A stretch of DNA of 64,000 bases from Candidatus Brocadiia bacterium (GTDB taxonomy: Bacteria > Planctomycetota > Brocadiia > SM23-32), in contig JAWODG010000152.1 in NCBI GenBank assembly GCA_046483385.1, positions 9,744-73,743 on the forward strand, read 5' to 3'. Numbering within the stretch: position 1 is the stretch's first letter; each line of letters begins with the position of its first letter. Below, in pieces: positions 51,203 through 60,700 of the stretch. The position numbers were made by a program, and so were the translations under genes. The notes below the pieces were generated by a model that worked only from the letters and a program-made list of their open reading frames with translations, was not told the origin of the DNA and searched no databases.

Positions 51203-53461
51203 TCAGGTCACTTTCACGGAGCAGCGGCCTCGCCCGGGAAACTGGATCCAGGTGCGGCCCTCGGCCTCGTGCCGCTCGGTCTCCACGGCTCCCCCCGCCG
51301 CATCTCGCACGGTCACGGTCCGAGCCTCGGCGCCGCGGAAGGCCAGCACGTTTCTCCCGTGGGCCTCAACATCGTAGGAGGTCCCGCTCGCGTCCCGCTT
51401 GACTGCGTTCAGCCGGACGGTGGACTCGACCAGCAGCGGCTCTTCCGCCGGCGGCCCGGCCCGTACCTCGACCTCGTTCGCGCCGTCCCGCAACAGGTCC
51501 TCGGGCACCTGCAGCGACCCCGGCACGTCCAGGCCGTTCACGCGCAGGGTGGCCGACTCCCCTTTGCCCATGAACGTGACGTGCAGCGAGGAACCGCGAT
51601 ACCTGTACTCGGCGATTTCTTCCAGCGTGTCGTTGGCCCTCACGGCCAGTCCGAACGGCAACCGCCGCAGCCCCAGCCCGGTCATCGTCGCCAGCCACGG
51701 CCCGACGCTGAACGCCTGCGGCCGCACGTCGTGGTAGGGATGCCCGTCCTCGATCCCTATCTTCTCCACCACGGTGTTCGGCATGGCCAGGTACTCGCCC
51801 GGCCGGTAGGACTCCTGCGCGGCCATCTCGGCCGTCCGCATCACGTCCGCTTCATCGAACCAGTCCGGGTCCAGCGACGCCAGCAGGGAGAACAGCCCGG
51901 CCAGGAAGTAGCCCTCCGGCTCCTCCATCGCGCGGTCATACATCGCGCGCCGGATGCCGGGCATCCGCCACGGCTCCGGCACGAACGGCGTCAGGGACAA
52001 TCCCCACACGTAGTCGGTCACGTCCAGCCCGTAGGGCCCCGCGCGGAGAATCTCGCCCTCGGCCGTCAGCAGGTCGCCGTAGTCCGGCAGTCCGTCGCCG
52101 AAGAACGGCGCCATTCGCTCGGCCAGCGCGTCGGCCTTTTGGAGGTATTCGTCCGCCGAACCCCCGGTTTCCATCGTCGCCAGCATGGCGTATGAGGCGT
52201 AGGAAAAAAGATTTATGTAGACATCATAGGATCGCCGGACGGACTCACCCTCATAGAAGCAGTCCTGGCGTGCGGTCGGCTTGCCCACGGCGTTGTCGTG
52301 GCCGTCCCCGCGGGAGCCGGGCAAGGGCGATTCCCCCCGATGCCAGCGCCCGAACAGACCCACGTCGTCGTCGAACGCGTATCGCTCCAGCCAGTCCATG
52401 GCGTCCTCGAGCACGGCCAGATTCTCCCCGGTCACGAACCGGTCGTCGCCGGTCTGCGTCCACGCGGTGAACGCCGACCAGATGGCGTAGAAGACGCCGT
52501 CCTCCTCCCACTTGGTTATCCTCCGATTGACCAGTTGGAGGAAGGTGCGCCCTTCCGGTTCTTCGTCCTCGACCACGGTGGGGTTGGCCAGCAGGAAGTC
52601 CGTCCACAGGCCCAGCGGCTCCGGCGCGCCGGAGTGGGCGTTGAAGCATTCGATGATGGCGCCGTCCCGCACCCAGATCAGGTAGTAGATGCGGTTGATG
52701 GCCGCGCGCACCGCGCCGGAGGCGTCCTGCATGGCCAGCAGCACGCGGCGGTTCAGATCCAGCAGCCGCTGCATTTTGGGCCGCCCCTTGAGCCGGAACG
52801 TTCCGGGCGCGAGAGCCGTCTCGATCTTCTCATCGTTCTCCGTGATCAGTTCATCCGCCGTGCCGCTGACCGCTTCGCGCGCCATCTGCCGGACCGGTCC
52901 GCTCTCCAGTTCGCCGGCGACGGCCAGCAACTGGCCGGGCGCCAGTTCCGCCCGGGCGTAGGTGCTTCGTCCCTCGTCCAGAACGAGCTGATGGCGGAAC
53001 GAACCGGCGCCCTCCCCCAACGCCGCGGCAAAGCTGAAAGTGCGGCCCCGGTCGGGATGCCGCACCTCGAACAGGTCCGCCTCCCGCGCCACGGCCGTGT
53101 CCGCCTTGTCGGACTTGAAGTCCACGGCCTGCGGCGCGTCGCACCACAGGACCACGCCGGGCCGGTCGTAGAGCGACAGCACGTGGAGCGCCTGCCCCTC
53201 GAAGCGCACCGTGCTGTGGAACGGGTCGTAGTCGCAGCCCTCGAACCGGTCGGCGGACAGGCCCGGCAGCGTGATGCGGTCGAAGAGCCGCGTGTGGTCG
53301 TCCCGGCACGAGAAGTTCCTGTCCCGGTAGTCGAGGGACTCGCCGGCGCGCGGCGATATCCAGAGTTCCAGCAGGCCCTCCCGGTCGAAGTTCAGCTCGA
53401 TCCGCACGCCCATGCGGTTATGCATCAGGATGGTCTTGCCCGGCAGGTCGTAAACAGTCAT
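51203..53461 (-). CDS. Glycoside hydrolase, (alpha/alpha)6-barrel GH15-like (glucoamylase/glucodextranase-related), no signal peptide
   Basis: ORF 51203..53530 trimmed to the ATG at 53461. It has an N-terminal beta-sandwich-like region and a catalytic-domain motif YYLIWVRDGA resembling the GH15 Y..W.RD.A signature. Confidence 0.5.
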   Translation of the reverse strand: MTVYDLPGKTILMHNRMGVRIELNFDREGLLELWISPRAGESLDYRDRNFSCRDDHTRLFDRITLPGLSADRFEGCDYDPFHSTVRFEGQALHVLSLYDRPGVVLWCDAPQAVDFKSDKADTAVAREADLFEVRHPDRGRTFSFAAALGEGAGSFRHQLVLDEGRSTYARAELAPGQLLAVAGELESGPVRQMAREAVSGTADELITENDEKIETALAPGTFRLKGRPKMQRLLDLNRRVLLAMQDASGAVRAAINRIYYLIWVRDGAIIECFNAHSGAPEPLGLWTDFLLANPTVVEDEEPEGRTFLQLVNRRITKWEEDGVFYAIWSAFTAWTQTGDDRFVTGENLAVLEDAMDWLERYAFDDDVGLFGRWHRGESPLPGSRGDGHDNAVGKPTARQDCFYEGESVRRSYDVYINLFSYASYAMLATMETGGSADEYLQKADALAERMAPFFGDGLPDYGDLLTAEGEILRAGPYGLDVTDYVWGLSLTPFVPEPWRMPGIRRAMYDRAMEEPEGYFLAGLFSLLASLDPDWFDEADVMRTAEMAAQESYRPGEYLAMPNTVVEKIGIEDGHPYHDVRPQAFSVGPWLATMTGLGLRRLPFGLAVRANDTLEEIAEYRYRGSSLHVTFMGKGESATLRVNGLDVPGSLQVPEDLLRDGANEVEVRAGPPAEEPLLVESTVRLNAVKRDASGTSYDVEAHGRNVLAFRGAEARTVTVRDAAGGAVETERHEAEGRTWIQFPGRGRCSVKVT

Positions 53462-53569
53462 GGATTGCCCTCTCAGCCATATCTTGCGGCGAGGAACCCT
53501 CAGCCTACCAGCAAAGAAGCACGTGGCCAACTCGCCGCCGGGACCGCGGTTCTTGTCATTCTGCCACCG

Positions 53570-54388
53570 CTAAGATTCATCATGGCGGTAGGGGCGGGTG
53601 TGGAAGCGCTCGAAGCGGTGGCGGGCCTTCCAGCCGAGCAGGCGTTCGGCCTTCTCGGGGCTGCATTTGCCCATCGGCAGGTCGGCGCAGATGTAGAAGC
53701 GCTCGTTCGGATGCGGCATCGCCGGCGCGCGCAGCGCGCACCGGTAGGCCGGCCCCAGGTCCTCCCAGGCCACGGAGAACGACTGCACCACGTCGTCGTC
53801 GCGACCGTTGTACTCGTCCGCCGGCCGGAGGCGGGACAGAAACAGCGTGATGACGTCCACGCCCTCCCGTTCCGCGAAGGCGTCCACCACGTGCAGACCG
53901 ATGTGTTTGGTGTGCCCGTACAGCTCCGTGCCCGGCCGCGTCGGCGCGTCGTCCGGAATGCCGAACTCGTAGCGGTGGTCGCCCTCGAAGCCCGAGGTGC
54001 GCTGCAAGACTCCGGTATGCACCACCCGCCGCAGGCCCGTCTCGGCGGCGGCCTTCATGATGTTGTAGGCGCCCACGACGTTGATCCGGAAAGCGAGTTC
54101 CGGCACGCTGCGGTTCACGGCCAGGTTGATCGCCGCGTCGCAGCCCTCCATCGCATCGCAAACTCGCCGGTAGTCGGTCACGTCGCAGAGACCCCATTCG
54201 TGGGGCGGTTCCGGCGGCTCGGTCCAGTGCGGCCAGATGGGAGAGGTCTCCCGCGCCATGACCTCGTCGATGTCGGCAACGTCGGTCAGCCGGAGGGTAT
54301 AGTGCTCAGCCAGCACCGGCGCAATCACGGCCCCGACCGGTCCGCCCGCGCCGAAAACGACTACTTTCCCCGCGTCCATGCCCGGCAT
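53570..54388 (-). CDS. NAD-dependent epimerase/dehydratase (extended SDR)
   Basis: It has the Rossmann motif VVVFGAGGPVG and the catalytic Y-x-x-x-K (YGHTK). The start at ATG 54388 forms a TGATG overlap with the upstream gene (alternatives are GTG 54391 and ATG 54379). Confidence 0.7.
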   Translation of the reverse strand: MPGMDAGKVVVFGAGGPVGAVIAPVLAEHYTLRLTDVADIDEVMARETSPIWPHWTEPPEPPHEWGLCDVTDYRRVCDAMEGCDAAINLAVNRSVPELAFRINVVGAYNIMKAAAETGLRRVVHTGVLQRTSGFEGDHRYEFGIPDDAPTRPGTELYGHTKHIGLHVVDAFAEREGVDVITLFLSRLRPADEYNGRDDDVVQSFSVAWEDLGPAYRCALRAPAMPHPNERFYICADLPMGKCSPEKAERLLGWKARHRFERFHTRPYRHDES

Positions 54389-55068
54389 CACGCGCCCTCC
54401 CGCTCAAAGCCCAGCATCAGCCGCGCGTTGCGCTCGATGAAGCGGCCCGAGGACGCCACGTGGAAGACGTGCCAGTTGTAGCCCGGCGGGCCGAGTTCGA
54501 TCTCCAGCGCCCGTTCGATGGCCTCCAGCGCGTCTTCGGAACGAGTGTTGGTCTCCGGGTCCTCCCCGATGGGCGCGAACCGCAGGCAAACCCCGCTGAT
54601 GGGTCCCTCCCGGGCGAACTCCCGCACGACCAGCTCGCACAGGTAGGGCGCCAGATGGTCGGCGTCCGCTTCCGGACGCGGCCGCCATTGCTCGTCGACC
54701 AGGTACTCGTCCGGGTAGGCGTCGAAGACCGAGAGCGAGCCGGCCACCACGATCCGGCCGGCGCCGGCCTCCCGGGCCGCCGCGCAGAGGCGGTATGTGC
54801 CCAGCGTCGCGCGCTCCAGGCGCTCCTGCTCCGCGTCAGGCGCCTCAAGCGGCGCCGGGTCGAACTCGGCCAGGTGAACCACCGCATCGATGTCGTCCAC
54901 CAGCGACGCCGCGAAGTCAGGCCTCCGCAGGTCGCCCTGCACGTACTCGGCCGACGCCCGCCCTCCGGGTGACGAGACGCCGGTCAGGCGGAGCCTGTGG
55001 CTCCTGCTCAGGTGTTCGGCGACCAGCCGCCCCAGCGGCCGGTTCGCGCCGGTTATCAGGATGTGCAA
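54388..55068 (-). CDS. Atypical SDR/NAD(P)-binding protein (Lys of YxxxK replaced)
   Basis: Only the C-terminal 226 codons of the 1405-aa ORF 54388..58605 are credible. It has a TTG start at 55068 with GGGAGG 5 nt upstream. It contains ILITGANRPLG, LGTYRLCAAAREAGAGRIVVAGS, and APYLCEL where YxxxK is expected. Confidence 0.5.
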   Translation of the reverse strand: MHILITGANRPLGRLVAEHLSRSHRLRLTGVSSPGGRASAEYVQGDLRRPDFAASLVDDIDAVVHLAEFDPAPLEAPDAEQERLERATLGTYRLCAAAREAGAGRIVVAGSLSVFDAYPDEYLVDEQWRPRPEADADHLAPYLCELVVREFAREGPISGVCLRFAPIGEDPETNTRSEDALEAIERALEIELGPPGYNWHVFHVASSGRFIERNARLMLGFEREGA

Positions 55069-55251
55069 TTCCGCCTCCCGCTTTGGACTCAGGCCCAGTG
55101 TGCGGCACGAGCCCGAAGACTGCAAGGTCGGCCGGGTTCCCGGTGCGCAGACCGGATGGCCTCCGGCTCTCGCTTGACAGTGGGGCTCCGAACGCGGACA
55201 AAGTCCCGTTCCGCGGGCCAGACGGACGAACACAGAGGGAGTTGACGGCAC

Positions 55252-56688
55252 ATGAAAAAACGACCGAACCTGCTGATTATCTGTCCGGACGAGATGCGCG
55301 GGGACTGCGCCGGCTTCATGGGCAACCCCGACATACAGACGCCCAACATGGACGCGCTCGCCGCCCGGAGCACCGTCTTCAGTCGGCACATGGCCACGTT
55401 CCCCAAATGCGTCCCGGCCCGGGTCTGCCTGATGACCGGCCGCTACTGCCACACAGACGGCCTGCGCAGCGTCTCGCAGCACATGGAACGCGACAGGGTG
55501 GACCTCCTCCACCGCCTCCGCCGGGCCGGCTACGAGACGGCCGTCTTCGGCAAGAATCACTGCTGGCACCCCGACGTCTGGGAAAGCCTGGATCATCGAT
55601 CCTACGACGCGCCCATGGACGGATACAAGGACTTCGTGGAGACGGAACCCGACCCGGACGGCGTCACGCCCCTGGACCTGGAGGACGGCTGGCACTACGT
55701 GGGCTGCAACACGCGCCACATGCCCGACGAGGGCTATACGGAGCAGACCGTCGATTTCCTGCGCAACAGCCGGGACCGGGACCGGCCGTTCTTCCTCCAG
55801 GTCAACATCGAATCGCCTCACCCCGTCTATGGCGTCGAGGAGCCGTGGTACTCGATGTACAACCGGGACGGCATCAGCGCCTGGCCCCACGAACTGCCGG
55901 CCAACGCGCCGCTGCCCGTGGTCAAGCAACGCGAGATACGCACCGGCACCGAGCCCCAGCAGGAGGCCGCCCGCGAGGTGCAGTGCGTCTATTACGGCAT
56001 GATATCGAAAGTGGACAGCCTGATCGGCCGCATCCTGGACGCCGTCCGGGAGGAGGGCCTCTGGGACGACACCGTCATCCTGTTCTGGGTGGATCACGGC
56101 GATTACGCCGGCCAGTACACGCTGGCCGAGAAGTGGGACACCCACTTCCCCGACTGCCTCATCCACGTGCCGTGCACCATCCGCGGGCCCGGCCTGCCGG
56201 AGGGCGCCGCCGTGGACAGCCTGACCGACCACGCCGACCTGGCGCCGACGCTGTGCGAACTGCTGGGGCTTGAGCCTCTCCGGGGGATGCACGGCCAGTC
56301 CCTGCTGCCCTTCATCCACGACGGCAAGCGCAAGCGCGCCGTCTTCGCCGACGGCGGCCACGAGGACGAGATGCTGGCCCGCGCCCGCGACGTGCTGGCC
56401 TACTGCACCGAGCCGCGCGAGCGCCGGCCGGCCAAGACACAGACCTACTACCAGTGTCCCGACACGATGGCCCGGGCTAAGATGGTGCGCACCGACCGCT
56501 ACAAGATGGTGGTGAGGCTCCGGGGCGGCAACGAGCTGTACGACCTGCAGGAGGACCCCTGGGAACTGAACAACCGGTGGGGCGATCCTGACCTGGCGGA
56601 CGTGGTGCCGGAGCTGATGCAAATGCTGGTCGATTGGAGCCTGCGGACCGACCCTGACGAACCCCGGCTGGAGAAGTTTACGGTCTGA
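55252..56688 (+). CDS. Sulfatase (Cys-type), no signal peptide
   Basis: 478 aa. It begins MKKRPNLLIICPDEMRGD and has the C-x-P-A-R signature in FPKCVPARVCLMTGRYC, plus WVDHGD. Confidence 0.9.
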   Translation: MKKRPNLLIICPDEMRGDCAGFMGNPDIQTPNMDALAARSTVFSRHMATFPKCVPARVCLMTGRYCHTDGLRSVSQHMERDRVDLLHRLRRAGYETAVFGKNHCWHPDVWESLDHRSYDAPMDGYKDFVETEPDPDGVTPLDLEDGWHYVGCNTRHMPDEGYTEQTVDFLRNSRDRDRPFFLQVNIESPHPVYGVEEPWYSMYNRDGISAWPHELPANAPLPVVKQREIRTGTEPQQEAAREVQCVYYGMISKVDSLIGRILDAVREEGLWDDTVILFWVDHGDYAGQYTLAEKWDTHFPDCLIHVPCTIRGPGLPEGAAVDSLTDHADLAPTLCELLGLEPLRGMHGQSLLPFIHDGKRKRAVFADGGHEDEMLARARDVLAYCTEPRERRPAKTQTYYQCPDTMARAKMVRTDRYKMVVRLRGGNELYDLQEDPWELNNRWGDPDLADVVPELMQMLVDWSLRTDPDEPRLEKFTV

Positions 56689-56778
56689 GACCCTCTCCGC
56701 TCCGGCCCGGTTGAATGCGGAGGGTGGCGTGGTATCCTGTGACCCGCCGCCGGTCCGCCAGACTTCGGAGTGCAACCC

Positions 56779-58719
56779 ATGACGTGGCGTGCGTTCATCG
56801 TGGGGTTGATAGCGGTAGCCACCATCGCGTTCATCGATCCCTACACGTCCTTCAACCACAACTACGGTTGGAACACGCAAAGCCACCTGCCGGCGGGAGC
56901 GGTCATCGCGCTGGTGGTCGTTACGCTGGCACTGAACGGATTCCTGCACCTCGTCAGGCGGCGATGGGCGCTGAAGCGACCCGAGTTGATGCTGGTCTGG
57001 TGCATGCTCATCGTGGGCTACGCCGTGCCGTCGAACCTGATGCGCTTCTGGCCACCGCTGATGGCGTCCCCGCCCTACATCGCGCAGCGGCCCGACATCG
57101 CCTGGCGCGACACGGCCCTGGAGGCGGCGCCCGCCGAGCTGATGCTCACCAAGGACCCCCACTCCACGGCCGCCCGGCATTACGTGGAAGGCTGGCCCCG
57201 CGGCGAGGGACGGGTGCCGTGGGCAAGGTGGCTGGCACCCATGTGGCGCTGGGGCATCCTCATGGCGTTCTTCTACCTGGCCACGTTCTGCATGTGCGCG
57301 CTGATGCGACGGCAATGGGTGGACCGGGAGCGACTGCAGTTTCCACTGGCCCGCATCCCCCTCGACTTCACCGAAGGCGCCGGCCGGGACGGCTTCTTGC
57401 CTGCTCTCTTCAGCAACAACGCCTTCCTCGTAGGCCTGCTGGGCGGTATCACGTTCCGGGCTCTGCGCTCGCTGCCCATCCTCTTCGGCTCGGAGACGAT
57501 ATGGAACGTCACCATCCCGCTTCAGGATATCTTCCTGGACACCCCGCTGGAATACCTCTACCTCGTCAACTTCAGCCTGAACTGGATCGCCATCGGCGTG
57601 GCCTATCTCGTCCCGGCCGACGTAAGCTTGAGCGTCTGGTTCTTCTATCTGCTGGGACGTGTCGAGCTGCAGACGGCCGCGTGGATGGGCTCCCCGCTCC
57701 ACCAGGGCGGCACGGGCTCGGAGCTTGTGCGGTGGCAGAGGCTGGGGGCCTACGTCACGTTCACGGCCGGGGCCCTCTACATGGCGCGGCGGCACCTGGC
57801 GGACGTGATCGCCAAGGCTTTCGGGCGGCGCCGGGGCGTGGACGACAGCGAGGAACCGGTCAGCTTCATGGTCGGCTTCTGGGGACTGGTGCTCTGCTCG
57901 GTCGGGGCCGTCCTCTGGTTCACTCATTACGGGATGGGTCTGGCGCCGACGGTGGCCTTCTTTCTGCTGCTCATGATCACCCAGTTCGTCCACGCCCGCA
58001 TCGTGGCACAGAGCGGCCTCTACCGCACCTCGCCCCTCGGCCGCGGGCCGGAGCTGCTGCACAGCCTGGCGGGTGGCGGGCTGTTCACGCCACGCGGCGC
58101 AACACTGGCCAACATGCAGTACACGGCCATGATCAACGGCAACAACTCGATGATCGGCCCGGCCGCCATCCACGCCTTCTTCATCAGCGACGTATTCAAG
58201 GAGCGGCGCCGCTGGCTGCTGCCGGCCCTGCTGGCCGCGCTGACGGTGGCCATCGCCGCGGCCGGCTGGACCTGCATCTACCAGGGCTACTACGACGGCG
58301 GGGTCAACTTCAGCAACGTCTGGGCGGTGATCAACAACCCGCAGGGCTCCTTCGAGGCGGCCCACAGGCTGATCGCCCGGCCGGAGGAAGCGGTCAGCGT
58401 CAAGTGGGGGCCGCTGGGCCTGGGTGTTGTGATGACATCCTTCGTCATGTTTATGCGCGCGCGGTTCTACTGGTGGCCCATCCACAGCATAGGCATTCTG
58501 GCGCTGGCCGAGTACGGCCTGGACCGCATGTGGTTCTCCTTCGCCCTCGGGTGGCTCATCAAGGTACTGCTGATGAAGTTCGGCACCGGGCGCCTCCTGC
58601 GGCAAGGGCGGTTCTTCTTCGTGGGCTTCATCGTCAGCGAATGCTCCTTCTACAGCGCCTGGAGCCTGCTCAGCTTCGCCACCGGTGGCACCGTGCCCGG
58701 CGCCGGCGGCTGGATATGA
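56779..58719 (+). CDS. Large polytopic membrane protein of an uncharacterised family (recalled as DUF6785/DUF6784-like)
   Basis: It is ~646 aa, starting at ATG 56779 (GGAG lies 8 nt upstream; an alternative GTG start is at 56770). I count about 13-14 hydrophobic helices. The motifs LVPADVSLSVWFFY, YMARRHL, ARIVAQSGLY and RFYWWPIHSIGIL are shared with the paralog at 62664-64000. Confidence 0.75.
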   Translation: MTWRAFIVGLIAVATIAFIDPYTSFNHNYGWNTQSHLPAGAVIALVVVTLALNGFLHLVRRRWALKRPELMLVWCMLIVGYAVPSNLMRFWPPLMASPPYIAQRPDIAWRDTALEAAPAELMLTKDPHSTAARHYVEGWPRGEGRVPWARWLAPMWRWGILMAFFYLATFCMCALMRRQWVDRERLQFPLARIPLDFTEGAGRDGFLPALFSNNAFLVGLLGGITFRALRSLPILFGSETIWNVTIPLQDIFLDTPLEYLYLVNFSLNWIAIGVAYLVPADVSLSVWFFYLLGRVELQTAAWMGSPLHQGGTGSELVRWQRLGAYVTFTAGALYMARRHLADVIAKAFGRRRGVDDSEEPVSFMVGFWGLVLCSVGAVLWFTHYGMGLAPTVAFFLLLMITQFVHARIVAQSGLYRTSPLGRGPELLHSLAGGGLFTPRGATLANMQYTAMINGNNSMIGPAAIHAFFISDVFKERRRWLLPALLAALTVAIAAAGWTCIYQGYYDGGVNFSNVWAVINNPQGSFEAAHRLIARPEEAVSVKWGPLGLGVVMTSFVMFMRARFYWWPIHSIGILALAEYGLDRMWFSFALGWLIKVLLMKFGTGRLLRQGRFFFVGFIVSECSFYSAWSLLSFATGGTVPGAGGWI

Positions 58720-58746
58720 ACCGTGCTATTCCAACGAGGAAACACC

Positions 58747-59697
58747 ATGAATCCCAAGAACAGAGACCGCCTCAAAGTCGGCGTTATAGGCGTCGGATGG
58801 CACAGCCGGACGAGCCATCTGCCGGCCCTCTCCCGCTGTGCCTCGGAGGGTCCCGATGGGGTCGAACTGACCGCCCTGTGTGACCTCGACCTGCAGAAGG
58901 CCCGGCGGTGCGCCGACGAGTTCGGCTTTCGGCGGGCGTACGGCTCTGCCGATCAGATGCTCGACACCGAAAGCCTGGACGCCTGCGTTGCCATCACACC
59001 GATGGACTTCACCACGGAGTGCGCCCTCGACCTCATAGAGCGGGGCATCCCCGCCCTGATCGAGAAGCCGCCCGGCCGAACCCTCGAGGAGGCCCGCTCG
59101 ATCGCCCGAGCCGCCGGCCAGAGCGGCGTGCCCGTGATGGTCAGCGTCAACCGACGCTTTGAGCCCGGCATGCAGGACGCTCTCGACTGGCTGGAGGAAC
59201 GCCCCCTCACCTATCTGCGCGCCGTAACCGCGCGCGGTAACCGCACCGAGCCCCGGTTCCTCACCGAGACCGGCATTCACTCGGTGGACGCCGTCCGGGC
59301 GCTGGGCGGAGAAGTCGCCGCGTGGGACCATCGCCGGACAACGGCCGCGGGGGCCGCCTGGTTCGACCTCCGGTTCGAGTTCGAAAGCGCTGCGCTGGGC
59401 GCCCTGCAGGTGCTCCCCACGGCGGGACACACCGTGGAGAGGTATGAGGTCTTCGGCGACAACTGGCACGGCCTGGTGGAGAGCGGCACGCACGGCTCCG
59501 CAGCCTTCACCGCCTGGGAAGACGGGGAACGAGTCATCCATGCCCATCCCCCCGCGGACTCGCCCCGGTTTGTGCTCGACGGCACCTACTCTGAGACCCG
59601 CAGCTTCCTCGAAGCGCTGCTGTGCGGCGACGTGCCGCACCCCACCCCGGACGAAGTCCTGGCCTCTGTCGAGATCTGCCACCGGTGCCTGGGCTGA
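58747..59697 (+). CDS. Gfo/Idh/MocA family oxidoreductase
   Basis: ORF 58723..59697 trimmed to the ATG at 58747. It has the Rossmann motif LKVGVIGVGWHSRTSHLPAL and the EKP motif (ALIEKPPG). Confidence 0.8.
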   Translation: MNPKNRDRLKVGVIGVGWHSRTSHLPALSRCASEGPDGVELTALCDLDLQKARRCADEFGFRRAYGSADQMLDTESLDACVAITPMDFTTECALDLIERGIPALIEKPPGRTLEEARSIARAAGQSGVPVMVSVNRRFEPGMQDALDWLEERPLTYLRAVTARGNRTEPRFLTETGIHSVDAVRALGGEVAAWDHRRTTAAGAAWFDLRFEFESAALGALQVLPTAGHTVERYEVFGDNWHGLVESGTHGSAAFTAWEDGERVIHAHPPADSPRFVLDGTYSETRSFLEALLCGDVPHPTPDEVLASVEICHRCLG

Positions 59698-59729
59698 CGC
59701 GTTGCGGCCGGCTGCCGGCACCAGATTTG

Positions 59730-59757
59730 TTGACAATCGGGCGTCACCGGATAGACT
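59730..59757 (+). promoter_or_regulatory. Sigma70-like promoter of the mla operon
   Basis: TTGACA-N16-TAGACT. It would give a ~165-nt GC-rich leader before the mlaE ATG at 59928. Confidence 0.45.
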
Positions 59758-59927
59758 ACATTCAGGCGGGGAATCGGGGGGGAATACCCGGGACCGGGTG
59801 TTGCCCTCCGCTTCGTCGTGTCGTTGGCGCCGACCGGACCGGGGGCATTGGCCGGGTCCGGGCGGTGGACGTCTACGGATGCCGCGTAACTCGGGGGCGT
59901 GTCCATATCAAGCTGAACGAAAATCCG

Positions 59928-60698
59928 ATGGCCCGGCAACTCGCCAGGCTGGGGCACATCGCGCTCTTGCCGGTCCTGGAGACGGGCCGGATGGGCGTTT
60001 TCCTGGGGCGCATGCTTCTCACGACCGCCATACCGCCCCTCAAGCTCGGACGTATTCTCAAGCGGGTGCAGTTCTTCGGGTTCCAATCGCTCGTGGTGAT
60101 TCTGCTGACGGGCCTTTTCACGGGGATGGTGCTGGGCTATCAGGGCTTTTATACCCTGCTCCGCGTCGGCTCCAGCGCCTTCTTGGGCCCCATGGTGGCG
60201 CTGTCGCTGCTGCGCGAGCTGGGCCCGGTGATAGCCGCGCTGATGGTGACCGCGCGTGCCGGATCGGCGGTCTGTGCGGAGATCGGCATCATGCGGATCA
60301 ACGAGGAGATAGACGCCATGGAGCTGATGGGGCTCAACCCGTTCCGCTACCTCACCGTCCCCGTCCTTCTGGCCGCGCTGATCTGCCTGCCGCTGCTGAC
60401 GGCCATCTTCAACACCGTCGGCGTGGGCGGGGGCTACGTGGTGGGGGTGAGGCTTCTGGGCGTTGGCGCCGGCACGTACTTCGGCGAGATGGCGGACTAC
60501 GTCGAGATGAAGGACATCATAGGCAGCATCTATAAGTCCGTCGCGTTCGGTGGCCTTATCGCCTGGATCTCGTGCTACAAGGGCTACTTCGCCGGTTTCG
60601 GGGCGGAGGGCGTCAGCCGCGCCACCACGCAGGCCGTTGTCCTCACCTCCGTGCTGATCCTGGTGACCGACTACTTCCTGACCTCGATCCTGTTCTGA
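59928..60698 (+). CDS. mlaE: Phospholipid/lipid-asymmetry ABC transporter permease MlaE
   Basis: ORF 59622..60698 trimmed to the ATG at 59928. It is 256 aa and contains MlaE-like segments (QSLVVILLTGLFTGMVLGYQ, ELGPVIAALMVTARAGSA, EIGIMRINEEIDAMELMG). Confidence 0.85.
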   Translation: MARQLARLGHIALLPVLETGRMGVFLGRMLLTTAIPPLKLGRILKRVQFFGFQSLVVILLTGLFTGMVLGYQGFYTLLRVGSSAFLGPMVALSLLRELGPVIAALMVTARAGSAVCAEIGIMRINEEIDAMELMGLNPFRYLTVPVLLAALICLPLLTAIFNTVGVGGGYVVGVRLLGVGAGTYFGEMADYVEMKDIIGSIYKSVAFGGLIAWISCYKGYFAGFGAEGVSRATTQAVVLTSVLILVTDYFLTSILF

Positions 60699-60700
60699 AC

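Noticed and set aside
55069-58605. N-terminal ~1180 codons of the 1405-aa minus-strand ORF 54388..58605
   Set aside because: This part is antisense to the sulfatase (55252-56688) and polytopic membrane protein (56779-58719) genes, both of which have clear family motifs. Only the last 226 codons (54388-55068), which have a TTG start and GGGAGG RBS, look like a real SDR gene.
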